Below are positions 24,321-38,449 of a DNA stretch of 64,000 bases, piece by piece. The notes beneath the pieces were generated by a model. It did not search any database. It had not been told where the DNA came from and was given only the letters and a program-made list of their open reading frames with translations. Within the stretch, counting starts at the first letter, position 1; every line of letters starts with the position of its first letter. The position numbers were made by a program, and so were the translations under genes. The DNA comes from Glaucostegus cemiculus (lineage: Eukaryota), in assembly GCA_976551045.1 (NCBI GenBank), contig CDPCPM010000280.1:1488001-1552000 (forward strand), in the 5' to 3' direction.

Positions 24321-27300
24321 AGAGGGCAGGGGTTGCTTTCTTCACAGCAATTCTGCCAGATACCAGAGAATTCCACCAACCATCACTATCCCCACACTCT
24401 CACCCCATCAGGGACTCAGGCCCTGGTCGGGTGAGCAGAGCTCTGGGGTAATGGTTCTCCAAAGAGTGTAGCCAGAGGAGGCCTGTGTCCGGAGGAGGGA
24501 GAGTGGGGCAGAGTTCTGTTCCGAGGAAACTTCGCGTTATGGAAAGTCGTGTTATAGCAGAGCAGGCTGCAGTTGCCTTTGAAGCACAGACTTGAACAGG
24601 TTTTCCGATCACACTTGCACTCTAACCAATGCAGCCCACATAATACAAATAGCATTCCCTAATCCACCAATCGTGTTATAACCAATCCACGTGATGGAAA
24701 TATGCAGCAGAACTACCTGTACCTGGTCACTTTATGTTCCCATGCACAAACTGATTGCTTATATCGATGAAGTGTTTTGGGAAGTGGTTGTGAAAGGTAT
24801 TATAGAAAGATTCAATGATACAGCACAGAAGAAGGGCTTCGTGCCCTTCATGCCTGTGCTGCCTCACTGGTGCAGCTTTTGAATTATTCGCACTCCACAT
24901 GGACATGTACTTTTACGTTCCCAAGTCTTTATTCTGTGAGAGTTACTGTTGAAGCTGCTGAGACTGTGCTTTCTGATACTGCATTCCTGATCATCTGCAG
25001 TGTGCTTCCTCTGGCCAGTTCACTGATCAGCTTAAATCCATGACCTTACTGACCCTTCTGCTGCTAGAAACAATTAAAGAAACAGAAGCAGCAGTAGGTC
25101 ATCCAGCCCTTGTGCCTGCTCTGTCATTCGGTAAGATCCTGGCTGATCTTTTACCTCAGCACCACTTTCCTGCAGGAACCCAACTTTGCCATCACCATCA
25201 CCATTGCTTTGTCTAATCCAAAGTGCCAGAATCCAGGTATAATTACAACACTTGAAAGACTTTTGGACAGGGTCGTGGATAGGAAAAGTTTCGAGGGATA
25301 CGAGCCAAATGCAGGCAGATGAGACGAGCTCAGGAAGACACGCTGATTGGCACAGACGAGTTGGGCCGATGTGCCTGTCTCCATGCTGTTAACTATGATC
25401 CCTGCTGCAGAGCACTTGCAGCAAGGCTGGTCCCACTGACACTTCTGCATTGTTTTTCTGTGATGGGCACCGGTGTGAGTTGATGGGAATGTAGGAGGAT
25501 AAAATGGGATACAACAGGTGCTATCTGGTACAGAGTCTGTAGCTCGGGTATAACAGGTACTGCCTGGTACAGGGTCAGTATCTCAGATGTAATTGTTGGT
25601 GCCAGGTACAGAACCTGTACCCCAGATGAAGACACCATTTGAACGCACTGTACCTCAACAGACAGGCACTATCAATGACTTCAGCCTTATCTCAGCTGTC
25701 TGCTCTCCCAAGCTTAAGAACTACTGAGATTTTATGTAAAAGTGGCAATGGCTGACTGAAGTAGTGTCCAACCCAAGGCCTAAGGATACGATCAGTACTG
25801 AAGCCTGACAAAATCAGCTTGGCAAACCCAGGCAGCTCAACACGTTCCTATTTCCATTGGCTGTTTTATTCTGTTGGAACTCATGTGATCTGGAGGAGTG
25901 TAAATCTTGTTGGTGGCCACTTCCTAACTCAGGGTACTTGGATCAGTTAGCATGAACAAGTCGAGACACGCAGATAGGGAATGGAAACTAACCCACGGTA
26001 CACCCAATTGAACTGTGGTGAATGAGAGGCCAGACAGCAGTAGAGGTGCCTCCTCTTCAGGACTGGCCTGGAGTCACCAAGTTAGTAGCTGGGACACTGC
26101 TGCAAGCAAAACTCAGGAGAAAAGTCAGAGGGCGCCTATTTATTTCAACCATTTGGTTATATCGACCAACAAATATTAGAGATGGAGGAAAATATTGAAG
26201 ATGGAAGAAAAAAGGCTGTTCAGCTAAGTAGGGAAGTTGGAAATCATGTGATGAAATCTGCATGAACCCTTCCAAGAAGAGTGGCAAAACAACAGGGAAT
26301 GAAACAGGCATTTGTCATTGTCTTTGGTGTTAATACAAAGTAAATTCATTCGTGGGCAATGACACACACCCATAAAAAATCCAGCTCTCCAACCCAGTGC
26401 CTCTGAACCTGCAGTTGCTCCCCACTGCAGCTGTCCACTCTACCCTGTTCTCCCTTCCTTTCCCCTTCGTTCTTCCTTGGGAAGTCCCCTGAAATGTTAT
26501 GACTTACCCAACCTCTTGTAGAAAGGAGTTTCTCTTCCTCACAAAGAGATTCTCTCAAATCTCTCCTTAGCACTTCTGGTCTAAATCGTTAATCCAGTGC
26601 AGTTGGTTCACTGAGTAACTGGGGAAACCCATCGCTATTTAGTCTCTCAACCGTTGTATAATTTACAAGCACAAATCCTGCAATTTGACAGTGAGACAGA
26701 GGTCATGTAACTAGAGAGGTGTTTACACTGAGAGCAACCCGACATCAGGGCTGCTGGTATACAGTGACTGAATAGGCCACATTCTCTTACACTCCATTCA
26801 CAGAAGCACAGCCCATCACACTTGTGACAGCCCTTATTAAAGACTAATTAATGAGCCTCTCCCCTGCTTACTCTTCCCATTGCCCTGGGTATTTTTCCTT
26901 CTCCATTTCCTTTTTCAAAGTTATTCCTAGATCCACCTACAGAGTTCACTGGGGCAGGTCCTCCATATCTGCACAGCTCAGATTGCTTTAAAGAAATCTT
27001 GTCATCTCTGCTTCTTTTGCCAGTTCCCTTAAGCCGCTTATTGAACCTTCTGTCTCTAAAAGCAATTTCTCCTTAATTATTTCATAAAGAGCATTCAAGG
27101 ATCTTTATAGCTGTTGAATCCTCCTTTACCTTGTTTTATTTCAAGATACAGTTCACACCACCACCAAGTTTTGTAATATCACGGATTTGGAAATTGTGCA
27201 CTATACATTCAACTCATTACTGTATAATCCCTGGGAGACCTCGCTATACATTTCTATCAGTCCGAGAAACAACCTTCTCTTTCCTGTTACTTGGCTAATT

Positions 27301-28487
27301 TTCTAGTCATGATGCTACATCCCCTTTCAATCTTGACGGCAAGCCTGTTATCTAGTACTTTATCAAAGGCAAGTTACTACATTAAAAACCATATCAAGTT
27401 TGTTAAAAGGAAATAATGTTCATCTAATCCATATTGGCTTTTTCTAATCAATCTATGTTTACCCAAGTGTCTGATAACTCTGGCCTTGATTACTGTTTCC
27501 GGAACTAACCCTACAAATGAGGTCTGCAGTTACTGGGTTTATCCCTATTCTCTTTCGAACAAGAGTGAAACACTTGCAACTTTCCCTTCCTCGGGCATCA
27601 CCTCCGAATCTAAAGAAATCTGGAATATTACCACTATGATGGCCTGGGCCACTGCAGTAGGCACCAGAGTGGCATAGCTGGTAGAGCTGCTGTCTCAAAA
27701 CTCCAGCAACTCTGGTTTGATGCTATCTATATGGAGTTTGCATGTTCTCCTATAACTTTGTGGTTTTCCTCCAGGTGCTCCAGTTTTCTCCCATGTCCCA
27801 TCGGAGTGCAGGTTTGTAAGTTAATTGGCCACTGAAAATTGCCCTTAGCGTTTGGGTTAATGATAAAATCTGAAGAGGGTGAGGAGAACAAAATGAGTAG
27901 TGTAAAGGGAAGCTTTATGGTCTGCACAGGTTCAGTGGGTCAAAGGGCCTGTCTCCACGCTGTATGGCTATGTCTCTGTAACAACCCCAGCTTCTCCAGT
28001 AAGTCCACAACTTCTGAAACATGGGAATACAAGTCTGTGGGTTCTGTGAAGCTTCAGTGTGTTTTGCTGTGGAGCACACAATCCCAAGAAGTGTGGGCTT
28101 TGGTGAGCACAAGGTTCTCAGATTATGGACTTTAAGGGAAATGGGATAGCTTTTCATTTTAAGAACTAAATAAATTAAGACAAGCAGGGCAGGAATGGTG
28201 TTGCCTCTGTATTACTTGGGAGCTGAGTGAATCCATTGTCTTCCAGGCAACCACATCTGCAGTAAATGTCTGCCATTTGAGGAACTTTGGTTCAGGTTTG
28301 ATGAGCTGGAGCCTGAGGTTTAGATGCTATGATACATCAACGAGGGGAAAAGATGCCTGGACACTTTGTTCCAAGACACTCCTTAGATTAAGAGCTGCCC
28401 AGCTGTTTACTCTAGAGAGCAGGAGTATGAGACAGGCAGGCATGGGGATGTGGAAGATAGTGCTGGAGGAATCTTAGCCCTTGCACT

Positions 28488-28760
28488 TAAATTAAATTTT
28501 TAATTTTTAAATTTTAAATTTAAATTTTATTTACAGCGTGGTAACAGGCCCTTTCAACCCAACAAGTCCGCGCCGCCCACTTTAAACCCCCAAATTAACC
28601 TACCCGTACATCTTTCAGAATGTGGGAGGAAACCGGAGCACCCGGAGGAAACCCACGCAGACACGGGAGAACGTACAAACTCCTTACAGTCAGCGACGGG
28701 AATCGAACCCCAATCGCTGGCGCTGTAACAGCGTCGCGCTAACCGCTACGCTATCCTGCC
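28488..28760 (-). mobile_element. V-type SINE (family A), full length, with a (TTTAAA)n tail
   Basis: Matches the other family A copies. Confidence 0.92.
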
Positions 28761-30459
28761 ATCTTTGTTACAGGTAACATGCTTATTCTAGAAGCATGAA
28801 GTTCTTGCAGCCTGTGTAGATGAGAGATGAAACCACAAGGAGGCTGAGCAAACTGACCACAATACTATGGTATGGGGGCTATTCAAGTGCATGGCACAAA
28901 GACTGGTAGAGAGGAAATGGGTTTCAGTTCATGGGACACTGGCACCCATTTGGGGAAAGAAGTAGCTCTTCAACCGCAATGGTTTTGCTGGAACTGGTAT
29001 CCTGGCAAATCACATCTCCAGGGCTGAACATAAGGCTTTAAAGGAAATAGTGTGGAGGTTGGTGAGGTGAAATTTAAAATGATCAAAAGAAAGTGCAGGG
29101 TAGTAAAATAGGTCATGATAAATGGAAGGAACAGAACATACATTCACATAGTCCAACATACTTTAAATTAGAATCAGAGGAAGGAAAAGTGGTTTAATAA
29201 CAGAAATGAAAGCTCTGAATGTGTACAGCTTACATAATGATCATTTAATGAATTAGTGCAAATACGTGGTTAAAATCTGATAGCCATAACAGAGGCGTGG
29301 TTGCAAAGTGATTGAGGTTATAAATTAAATATTTCAGGATACACAACTTGTAGATGCAAAATGGAAGAGAGTAGTGCTGATGATAAAGGATGGGCAATGC
29401 ATTGGAGAGAAAGGTTCTAGCTCAGAAAATCAAAGAAATGGAATCACTTTGGGTGTAGCTAAGAAACAGCAAGAGACAGAAAACATTGGTGGGAGTTCCT
29501 ACAGACCCTCAAACAGAAGAGGTAATGTAGAGCATAGTACACATCAGGATTTTAGAATTACCTGTAACAAAGGTAATACAATAATCAGACGGAGCTTTAA
29601 TCTAAATATAAACTGGATAAACCAAATTAGCAGGAATAGTGCAGAGGTTAAATTTATGGAGTGTATGAACAGTAATGTGTAACAAGAAAGAGTTAATTAA
29701 TAACCTGGGGAGCCTTTGGAGAAGAGGGATCATAAAATGGTAGAATGTGGTATAAAAATTGAAAGTGCTTTAGTTCAGTCTGAAACCAGGGTATTAAGTT
29801 CAAACAAAGCAAATTACAGAACAATAATGTGAGAGCTGACTGTGGTAGATTGTGAAATACATTAAAAGGCATAACAATAAACAAGCAATGGCTATCATTT
29901 AAAGAACAATCCCAGTTCCCTTTAAAGCAAACAGCCCAACATGAAAAGCAGCCACCCCTAGCTAACAAGAGAAATTAAAAATAGCAATAGATTAAAGGCT
30001 TATAATGTTGCCAAAAAGAGCAGCAAGCCTGAGGATTAGGAAAATTTCAGAATTCAGGAAAGAATAACTAACAAGTTAATAAGGACAGAGAATGTATAAT
30101 ACAAGTAATCGGCAAAAAACGGAGTGCAGAAACTTCTAAACATATGCAAAAGAGAAAAGATTAGTCAAAATTAATATGGATCTCTTATAGACAAGGACAG
30201 GAGACGTTATATTGGAGCATAAGGGAATGGGAAAAAAATTAAACAAATTTTGTGTGTCCACATGAAAAGAGACATAAAAATCTCCTGGAAATAATGGAGA
30301 ACTCCAGATCTACAAGGAATGAACATCTGAAAAGATATTAACATCGATCAAAAAATAGCATTGGAGAAATTAGTGACCTGAACGCCAATAAATCTCCAAG
30401 ACCTGCAAACAGAGGTTCCCATGGAAGTGATGGCAACCATGGAAGTATTGGATATATAC

Positions 30460-30652
30460 GGCACGATAGTGTAGCGGTTAGCGCGACACTGTTACAGCAC
30501 CAGCAATCGGGGTTCGATTCCTGTCACTGTCTGTAAGGAGTTTGTATGTTCTCCTGTGTCTGCGTGGGTTTCCTCCGGGTGCTCCGGTTTCCTCCCACAT
30601 TCTAAAAAGATGTACGGGTAGGTTAATTTGGGGGTTTAAAATGGGCGGCGTG
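30460..30652 (+). mobile_element. V-type SINE (family A), cut off by the gap
   Basis: Head and V-domain are present up to the N-run. Confidence 0.9.
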
Positions 30653-30939
30653 NNNNNNNNNNNNNNNNNNNNNNNNNNNNNNNNNNNNNNNNNNNNNNNN
30701 NNNNNNNNNNNNNNNNNNNNNNNNNNNNNNNNNNNNNNNNNNNNNNNNNNNNNNNNNNNNNNNNNNNNNNNNNNNNNNNNNNNNNNNNNNNNNNNNNNNN
30801 NNNNNNNNNNNNNNNNNNNNNNNNNNNNNNNNNNNNNNNNNNNNNNNNNNNNNNNNNNNNNNNNNNNNNNNNNNNNNNNNNNNNNNNNNNNNNNNNNNNN
30901 NNNNNNNNNNNNNNNNNNNNNNNNNNNNNNNNNNNNNNN
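30653..30939. other. Assembly gap (287 N)
   Basis: Run of n that begins inside a young SINE copy. Confidence 1.
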
Positions 30940-31554
30940 TATTTCAAAACTGCACAGGTTCCAAAACGGTTCTCAAAGTTTAGAAGGTAGCAAATATAAC
31001 CCCACTATTTAAGAAAGGAGGGAGAGAGGAAACTGGAAACTGTTAGCTTGACGTCAATAGTAGGAAAGGTGCAAGAATTTATTACTAAGGACATGATATA
31101 GGGGCACCTGGAAAATAAAAATACAATTGGACAAGCTCGACATGGATTTATAGAAGGGAAATCATGTTTGACAAATCTGTTAGAGTTTTTTGAGGTTATA
31201 ACTCCAAAATAAATAAGGGCAAATGAGAACAGATAAGGGCAAGTCAGCTTAAGTGCTGTATTTGGACTTTTAGAAGGTCCCACATGAGGTTGTTAAACAA
31301 ACTTAGAACACGTGCAGTTGGGGGGTAATGTGCCGGCATAGAATGAAGGCTGTTAACAGACAGCAGGAATGAACGGTTCATCTTTGGGTTGGGTGGATGT
31401 GACTAGTGGAATGCCACAGATTTCTGGGCCCCAGCTGTTCATCATCTATATTTATGATTTGGATTCAGGAATCAAGTATCCTATGCTGAGGATTTAAAGC
31501 TGAATGGCAGTGTGAGTTGTGAGGAGGACACAGGATATAGGCAGGTTAAGTGAA

Positions 31555-31851
31555 TAAGATAAGATCTCTTTATTAGTCACATATACATCAAAACACACAG
31601 TGAAATACATCTTTTTGCATAGTGATTTGGGGGGCAGCCCGCAAGTGTCGCCACGCTTCCGGTGCCAACATAGCATGCCCACAACTTCCTAACCTGTACG
31701 TCTTTGGAATGTGGGAGGAAACCAGAGCACCCGGAGGAAACCCACACAGACATGGGGAGAACGTACAAACTCCTTACAGACAGCGGCTGGATTTGAACCT
31801 GGGTCGCTGGCGCTGTAAAGCATTATGCTAACCACTATGCTACCATGCCTG
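31555..31851 (-). mobile_element. V-type SINE (family B, different 3' tail)
   Basis: Same head and V-domain as family A, but the tail on the - strand reads ...gtgactaataaagagatcttatct. Near-identical to 46358-46650. Confidence 0.9.
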
Positions 31852-33229
31852 CAATAGGCAAGGACATGGCAGATGGAAATTAATGTGGAAAATTGTATAG
31901 CCATCCACTCGGCTAAACAGAAAAGCCAGCTTTTTTTTACATGATGTGAGATTGAGAAGTCTTTATGTTCAGTGGGGCCTTGGTGTCTTTGTATGTAAAT
32001 TAGTGGAAGTTGAAATGCAGGTATGGCAGGAAATTAGGATGGCAAACTATACTTTGCCCTTTGTTACCTGTTTTGTGCTTGTAAAATGGGCATGGTGTCA
32101 ACTGATTTCTGAACTTTAATTGATACTAAATGCTGGCCTTGGAACTCTAATATTTTCAACAATAAGCCAAGACGAGTAGATAAGTGAAGTGAAGCAGCTA
32201 CTCTCTCAGCCCACTGAATAATGCATTGGGTTAGGTGGTTTTCTTTGCCAGAAACTGTAACTCAGCTTTAGGGGATACGTGGGTCTGTACAAACATCTCA
32301 TTCCATTTGGCCATGGCTTACTGAAGGTGAAAGAGGACCAGAGACCTTTGGCATTCTGTGAGACGGGAGTCATCTCCACCATTGGAAATCCTGCCATCAA
32401 ATTAGTTGAGACGTTCACCTTCAAGCCGGAGTGAATAGTGTGTTTTTGTGTTATGTTGTAGTTAGAGGACCTATGACGCTCTATTTCTGTGCTGACAATT
32501 CACATTACAACATACTGCACAGCAAAAACATTTATATTGAGCTTAAGGTGCATATATTGGAACTGTATACCATCAGCATGGGCCAGAAATCACTCTCCAG
32601 TTTCAAGTTTTTCCTCTCTCAATCCTACACTTGCAAAACTGTATACATTGCCAGTATTTCCTGTTCATTTTTTCTGATCTTTAATGAATGTGAGCATCTG
32701 ACTGAGATCTGATGTCCATGTCAGCCTTGCTACACTGAAATCTCTCATCTCTGAGATGGAAGGTTCAGCATAGAGAACTTTAGTCTGTACCTAACCGATT
32801 TCTTCTTTAATGTTTTCATCCTGGGAGTGTGTGACAGGAGAGTGTGGGAGCAGCTTTACCCTCTTTCTTCCCCATCCTGGACATGCTTGGGATATGTTTG
32901 CTGGGACAGTGTAGAAACAGCTTTACCCTGAATGTAACCTGTATAATTTTGGCCCCAGTGTATTTATTACAAACAAACTAAAGCAGCTCACAGGCTCAAT
33001 GGTCAAGTCATAAATCAACATTAACAAGGAAATATGCATAGCGATAACAACATATGGCATGTGATATTCATCACTGCGGAAGTTGAAGTGTTAAAAACAT
33101 AATCAAATAAAGTAATTGCATAATAAATTCTAGGATCCATTTAATGAGAAACCTAACTTGTCCTTCTTTTGCTTGTTGCCTGTGTTTGTTCCCTGGTCTT
33201 TATCCCCAGGCCACTTTTTTAGGTTTCTT

Positions 33230-33430
33230 TTTATTTTGGTTTAAAGCAACTTTATTTACTAATGCAACACTTAAATTAAAACGTGTCCTCTTCATGCAGA
33301 ATGCACTCTAACCCCCGCAGTGTCACCTGTCCTTGACGGCCATTGGCCACCAAGTGCCTCCTCTCCAGGACACCCTGGCACAAACAGAACTATGGAAGAG
33401 GGGCAAGCAGACACCACAGATGGACCTCAC
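33230..33430 (-). mobile_element. Tx1/L1-like 3' remnant
   Basis: Antisense CLPLFHSSVCARVS-like segment with a minus-strand AATAAA at ~33251. A related piece lies at ~34500-34565. Confidence 0.4.
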
Positions 33431-36400
33431 AACCCACCATCATGACTCACTGCCTAAGGCCTGTGAATGAGTATCCTGGCAAGGCCCAGGAGCAGGCTGA
33501 CAGATCAGGAGCCGGAACTTAAGTGAGCCAGAACTTCAGCAGTAGCCCTTTCAAATACTCAAAGAGTCGCTGCATCTGACACACTGACTTGTTCAGGCTG
33601 GCCTGGGAGGCCAAGAACCAGTGTAAAGCCTCTTGCTACAGCTGCATAGCCATGGAAGAGCCCTGCCACCACCGACGATGGAGCGGCCATGGATCTAGGA
33701 ACCATGCTCACCCCTGCTGGAATAGTAACAAGTACAAAGGTTAGAGAGAGGGCACAGAATTTGCATAGGAATGGGAGAGGAAGCCATGGACGATGGCTCC
33801 GGCACTGACATTAATTCAAGTCTTTGAGGTAGGTCTTTGGCTGTGGGAGTCATCTTTGCCCAGATCGCTGGATACTGCCAACATCTGATCAAAGTTAAAG
33901 ACTTTATAATAAATATTCTTCACCCACACAACTCCAACTGACGTGGGACTTACCACTGGGGTGGAAGGGAACTTGCTTGTAAAGATAGAAGAAGCAGAGA
34001 TATGCCTCGCTGCAGCACTGGCAGCCCCGTGCTCACGGTCTTCCAGCCTCTTGTGCCTCCCCCAACAGTCGTCTCTCAAGACACCAACCTAATAAACACT
34101 AAAAGTTCTTCTAACCAAAATAAAATCACTTCCTCTCCTCTTTCCCACCTGCGGAAGTTGTTGAAGACAGCATCCCCGCCCCCACTTCTTCCTCCAGTTC
34201 TCTCAGCTCTGTAACACACTCACTGCAACAATGAACCCTGATGGCCAGTTGGTAGCTCCATCCCAGTGCTGCCGCTGCCCGGCAGTGCTTGATGGAGTTT
34301 GCATATTGTTTTTCTTTTCTTCCCCTTTTCTTTTGTTTTGCCTTTATCTCTACACTTTCACTTTGTGTGTTTTTGTATGCTATTTCTTTTAAAATAACTT
34401 TACTAAAATATCACCAACAAAAATCATTAAATTAAATAGTTATCCTCAGCTCCAGGATGCACTCCAATTCCCTGAGTCCCCACAGATCACAGAAAGCCTC
34501 CAATAAGCTAGCAAACACCCTGTACTCCCTCTCCAGGAACACCCGGCACAAGAGTAACCTCAGACTCTGTGTTGTTCATACCCTGGGGATGTGATGCATT
34601 AATGTAGCTTGCCCTGGTGTCGAATTTCATCAATCACATGAGTCAGTATCTATTTTTCTTTAGAACCATCACGAGGTAGCATCGCTTTACTCAGCGAGAA
34701 AATATCAAGTATTGTAATTCATTCAGAAACTGAAGAACAATGTCTACAAAGGGTTGAAATTGAGATTTTTAACAATAACATCCCTCAGGTATACAGAGTC
34801 CAAGAGGAGTCTAAGATATGAAGGCATTAAATCCATTTAAACATTAATTATGAACTTTTAAGCAATAGTAGTTTAGATTTTTTTTCATTTTTAAGCAATA
34901 AGCAACTGTAATTTGCAACTGGTAGAAGTACTGCTAAGTTCTCATAGAGTCATAGATTCACACTGCATGGAAACAGGTCCTTCAGCTCACCAAGTCTGCA
35001 TCAAGCATCAACCACTTATCTACACTCATCCCATTTCATTCTCTCCACATTCCTCTCAACACCCTCCACTTCTACCACTCACCTACACACCAGGGGTAAT
35101 TTACAGTGGCCAACTCATCTGTTAATCCACACGCCTTTAGGAAGTGGGAGGAAACCAAAGCTCCTGGAGGAAACCCATCTGGCCACAGGGAGAATGTGCA
35201 AACTCCACATAGACGGCAGCCAAGGTCAGAATTAAACCAGGATCGCTGGAGCTGTGAGGCAGCAGCTCCACCAGCTGGGTCACTGGGCCAACCCATTCTG
35301 CCTTTGCCTTTCTCCATGCCATCTCTTTATACCCAAAGAATTTATACCCATCTCCCATTCTTAAATACCAACCTTAAGTTCAGTTTAACTCAATGTAGGC
35401 CAAAGACCAAACCTAGGATTGTCCGGTTCTGTGTGGACTGCACTGACAACTGAACCAACAGTGGGTCTTACAAAGACACTATTTGCTTAAAAGACTTCTG
35501 ACACAGTCAGAGACACTGTCACAGATCAGATGTCATAATCCAGTATCACATGCCAGAACTCAGAGATCAGTCATTACACTCCAGAATCACAAGCCACAAT
35601 CCTGTTCATGCGCTTTTGGTACAGAGATAAAATAATCTTTTTAAAAAAAGGAGAATTGGAAATTCCATGCAAAATTACTAGAGAAGAAAATATATATTTG
35701 ATGAGGAATCCGTGAGTTACTGATCTTAGTCATGGCAGCAGTTGGTGACAATGAGCCTCAGTACCCTTAAGCTATAAAGGGAAAGTCAGCAAGCAGCAGT
35801 CTCCATCAGCTTCCAGTGCCCACTATAGTAAAGCTATGTGTAACACAGGATTAACCAAAGAAGCCTCCACAGTCAAAGAGACTCATTTTGGCCTCATGTG
35901 TGAAGAATGGTAAGGTACCAGAATGTTATCATATCACATACATGGGCACAGAAAGTCTTCACACTTTTATTTACAACTGGTCACAATTCTTCTTCATTCC
36001 TACTTCTCAGGCAATTAAAGCCTTGGAAATGCTCACTAGTAACAGTCCCAAATTTGAGAAACTGGAATGGAGTTAACTAAACCAGAATCCCTCCTTCCAT
36101 GTTGTGGTTACAGTTTTGAGATGGCCCATATGACCAATATCCTCAGTTTAAACCAGGATTTCAACGCACATTAGAGGAGATGAAAGAACTCACATTTTCA
36201 CTGCAATTTTCATGACCTCAGGGCATCCCTGGTACTTTAGAAGTGGGTTGAAATGCAGCAATGACATTATAGAAAGTCCCACAAACAGCAATGTGATAAT
36301 GACCAGACCATCTGCCTATTTTGGTGGAACTGGTTGATGGCTAAAAATTGGACAATGCGCCAGGGGAAACCTTCTGCTATTGTTTGAAATTTTGTCACAG

Positions 36401-38449
36401 AATCTTTCATAGAGGGTACATGGGGGCTCAGTTTCATGGCTTATTTAAAATACTGCAGAGGCTATTAACTTCCTTTGCAAAGCATCAGACAATACAAATT
36501 AGACATCCAGCAATCAAGTCAATTTACACTTCAGAGAAACAGCAGTACTTCTACTCAGGTCATGTACTGTCATTTCATTTACAAGTTCTAGTTCTCTATC
36601 CCATGATACACTCACCTAATAAACATCCATTCACCTCAGCCATAAAAATTCCAACTGACTGACAGACTTTCAAGGAGAGAGGTTCTTCTTCATTCTTTTT
36701 TCAAGTGCTATCTGGTTTCAGTCCTTGGTTGCCTAGCTTGAGCTTTAAGGCTGTGTCTCTTAGAGGAATGAGTTTCTCTTTTGAATGTCTTAATCATGTT
36801 AAAGACCTTCATTAGCTCAGCGCTCAAATGGGTGAGCTGAGGGAATGCAAGCAATGAGCAATCTGTCCTCAAATTAATCCCATAAATCCTTTAAATGTGG
36901 TGTTGTATCTGATCCTGAGGTAAGCTCCTTACTACGTACCTGCTCCATCACCACATCTTCTTGTAGCATCGACTGACTCTGCCACGCCTTAACCTGCTTG
37001 CTGCTGAAATCCTCACCCATTTGACTTTTACTGTTAGGCTTTATTTTTCAGGTTCTCTTCCTGTCTATGTGATCTATTAAGAGACTTGACTGCCTTCAAC
37101 AGCAACGATTTCCATTCACCCATCCCCTGGTGCTCGCTGACTTATCTTGGTTCCCAATGTAGCAATGACTCAATCTTAAAAATGCTCATTTTTGGTTTCA
37201 AATCCCTCTGCGACCTCTCCTCCTCCAAATCTCTGAAATCTTTAGTCCTACGACCTTCTTGATCATCGCTGAATTTAATGTCTCCGCCATTGATCACCTT
37301 GTCTTCAGCCGCCAAGACCATGGCTCTGGAATTCCCTCCTTACGTGTTTTGACAGCGGTTCTTAAAACTTACTTCTTTCAGCAAAATTTTAATCAACTGC
37401 CTTCATATCCCTGAATGTGTTTGTGTCAAATATTGATTGATAACAGCCCTGCAAAGCATATTGATCTGTAAGGTGCCACATAAATGTAAGTTGCTGTGAT
37501 ATAATTCTGGTGAATCTGCACTGCACTGCTCCAAGGACAATAGACCCTCTCCTGAGATGCAACATACAAAACTGCACACAGATCTCCAGACTCGATCTGA
37601 TGAAGGATTTATACAACAGAGGCAAAACTTCCTGTCCTTTGTTTTCAAGATAAAAGCCAGCATTCCAGCAACCTCCTTGCTTACTTTTCATTATAGGTTT
37701 ATCACAAGGCCCAATTCATTTTCAGACAAGCCTGATATTTTCTATGTTGGATTTTGTCCAGCACCTATCAGTCTAAAACATCTCAGTAGTTTACGTCAGG
37801 GCTCCTGTAACTGTGGTTGGGAGGGGATTGCACTTCAGTCAATTTGCTGCTCAGTTTGTTGATCTCAGTAACCAGGGCAATCTCACTCCAGTCATTACTA
37901 TTGACCTTGGTACCCCAAGCTACAAGAGTCAAACCAGCCAAAGTTTCCTGCGCTTGGGTCCCTGTGACCTCTGCTGCAAGAGCCATACGTTGAGGACATG
38001 ACCAAACTTCTCTGTGATGTCTCCAAAAGTGAACTAACACCCTGCACTCCGTCCTTGGGTGCCTGCAGGGAGAGTGATGAGAGGGTGAGATGGTGGAGTT
38101 AGAGAAGGTTACGTTGTCTGAGGAGCTTTCCCACTGTGAGGAGTCGGTACTTTCACAAGTGGAGTGAAGGGCAATAAACAGTTGCACACCTATAGTCTTT
38201 AGCATCCCAAGAAGCTTCAGAGGAGAGTAATCAGACCAAATTTAAAATTGAGCCGAATATTAGGGCAAAGAACTGAAAGCATGCTTGAAGAGATGGATGC
38301 TAAAGAGTCTTAAAGGAGGAGAGAGAGAAGTAGGTGTGAGAGGGAGTGTGGAGGTGAGGGGTAGAGGTTTAGGGAGGGAACTTCAGACCATGGGGCTGAG
38401 CCAGGTGAGGGCATGGCTACCAATCATGGAGAAAACATTTGAAGCAGTA

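Larger units (their letters stand above)
28765..32070 (+). mobile_element. Long, heavily degraded CR1 LINE (endonuclease to RT), interrupted by two SINEs and the gap
   Basis: Endonuclease-like segments (atagccataacagaggcgtggttg, tacagaccctcaaac) and the RT segment HGFIEGKSCLTNLLEFFE at 31141-31195. Many stops and frameshifts. Confidence 0.8.

Noticed and set aside
26500-26575. Minus-strand consensus donor (TGG|GTAAGT) with an open frame
   Set aside because: There is no ATG or recognisable protein similarity, and the flanks look like decayed CR1 sequence.
30542-31012. ORFs spanning the N-run
   Set aside because: Artefact of the assembly gap.
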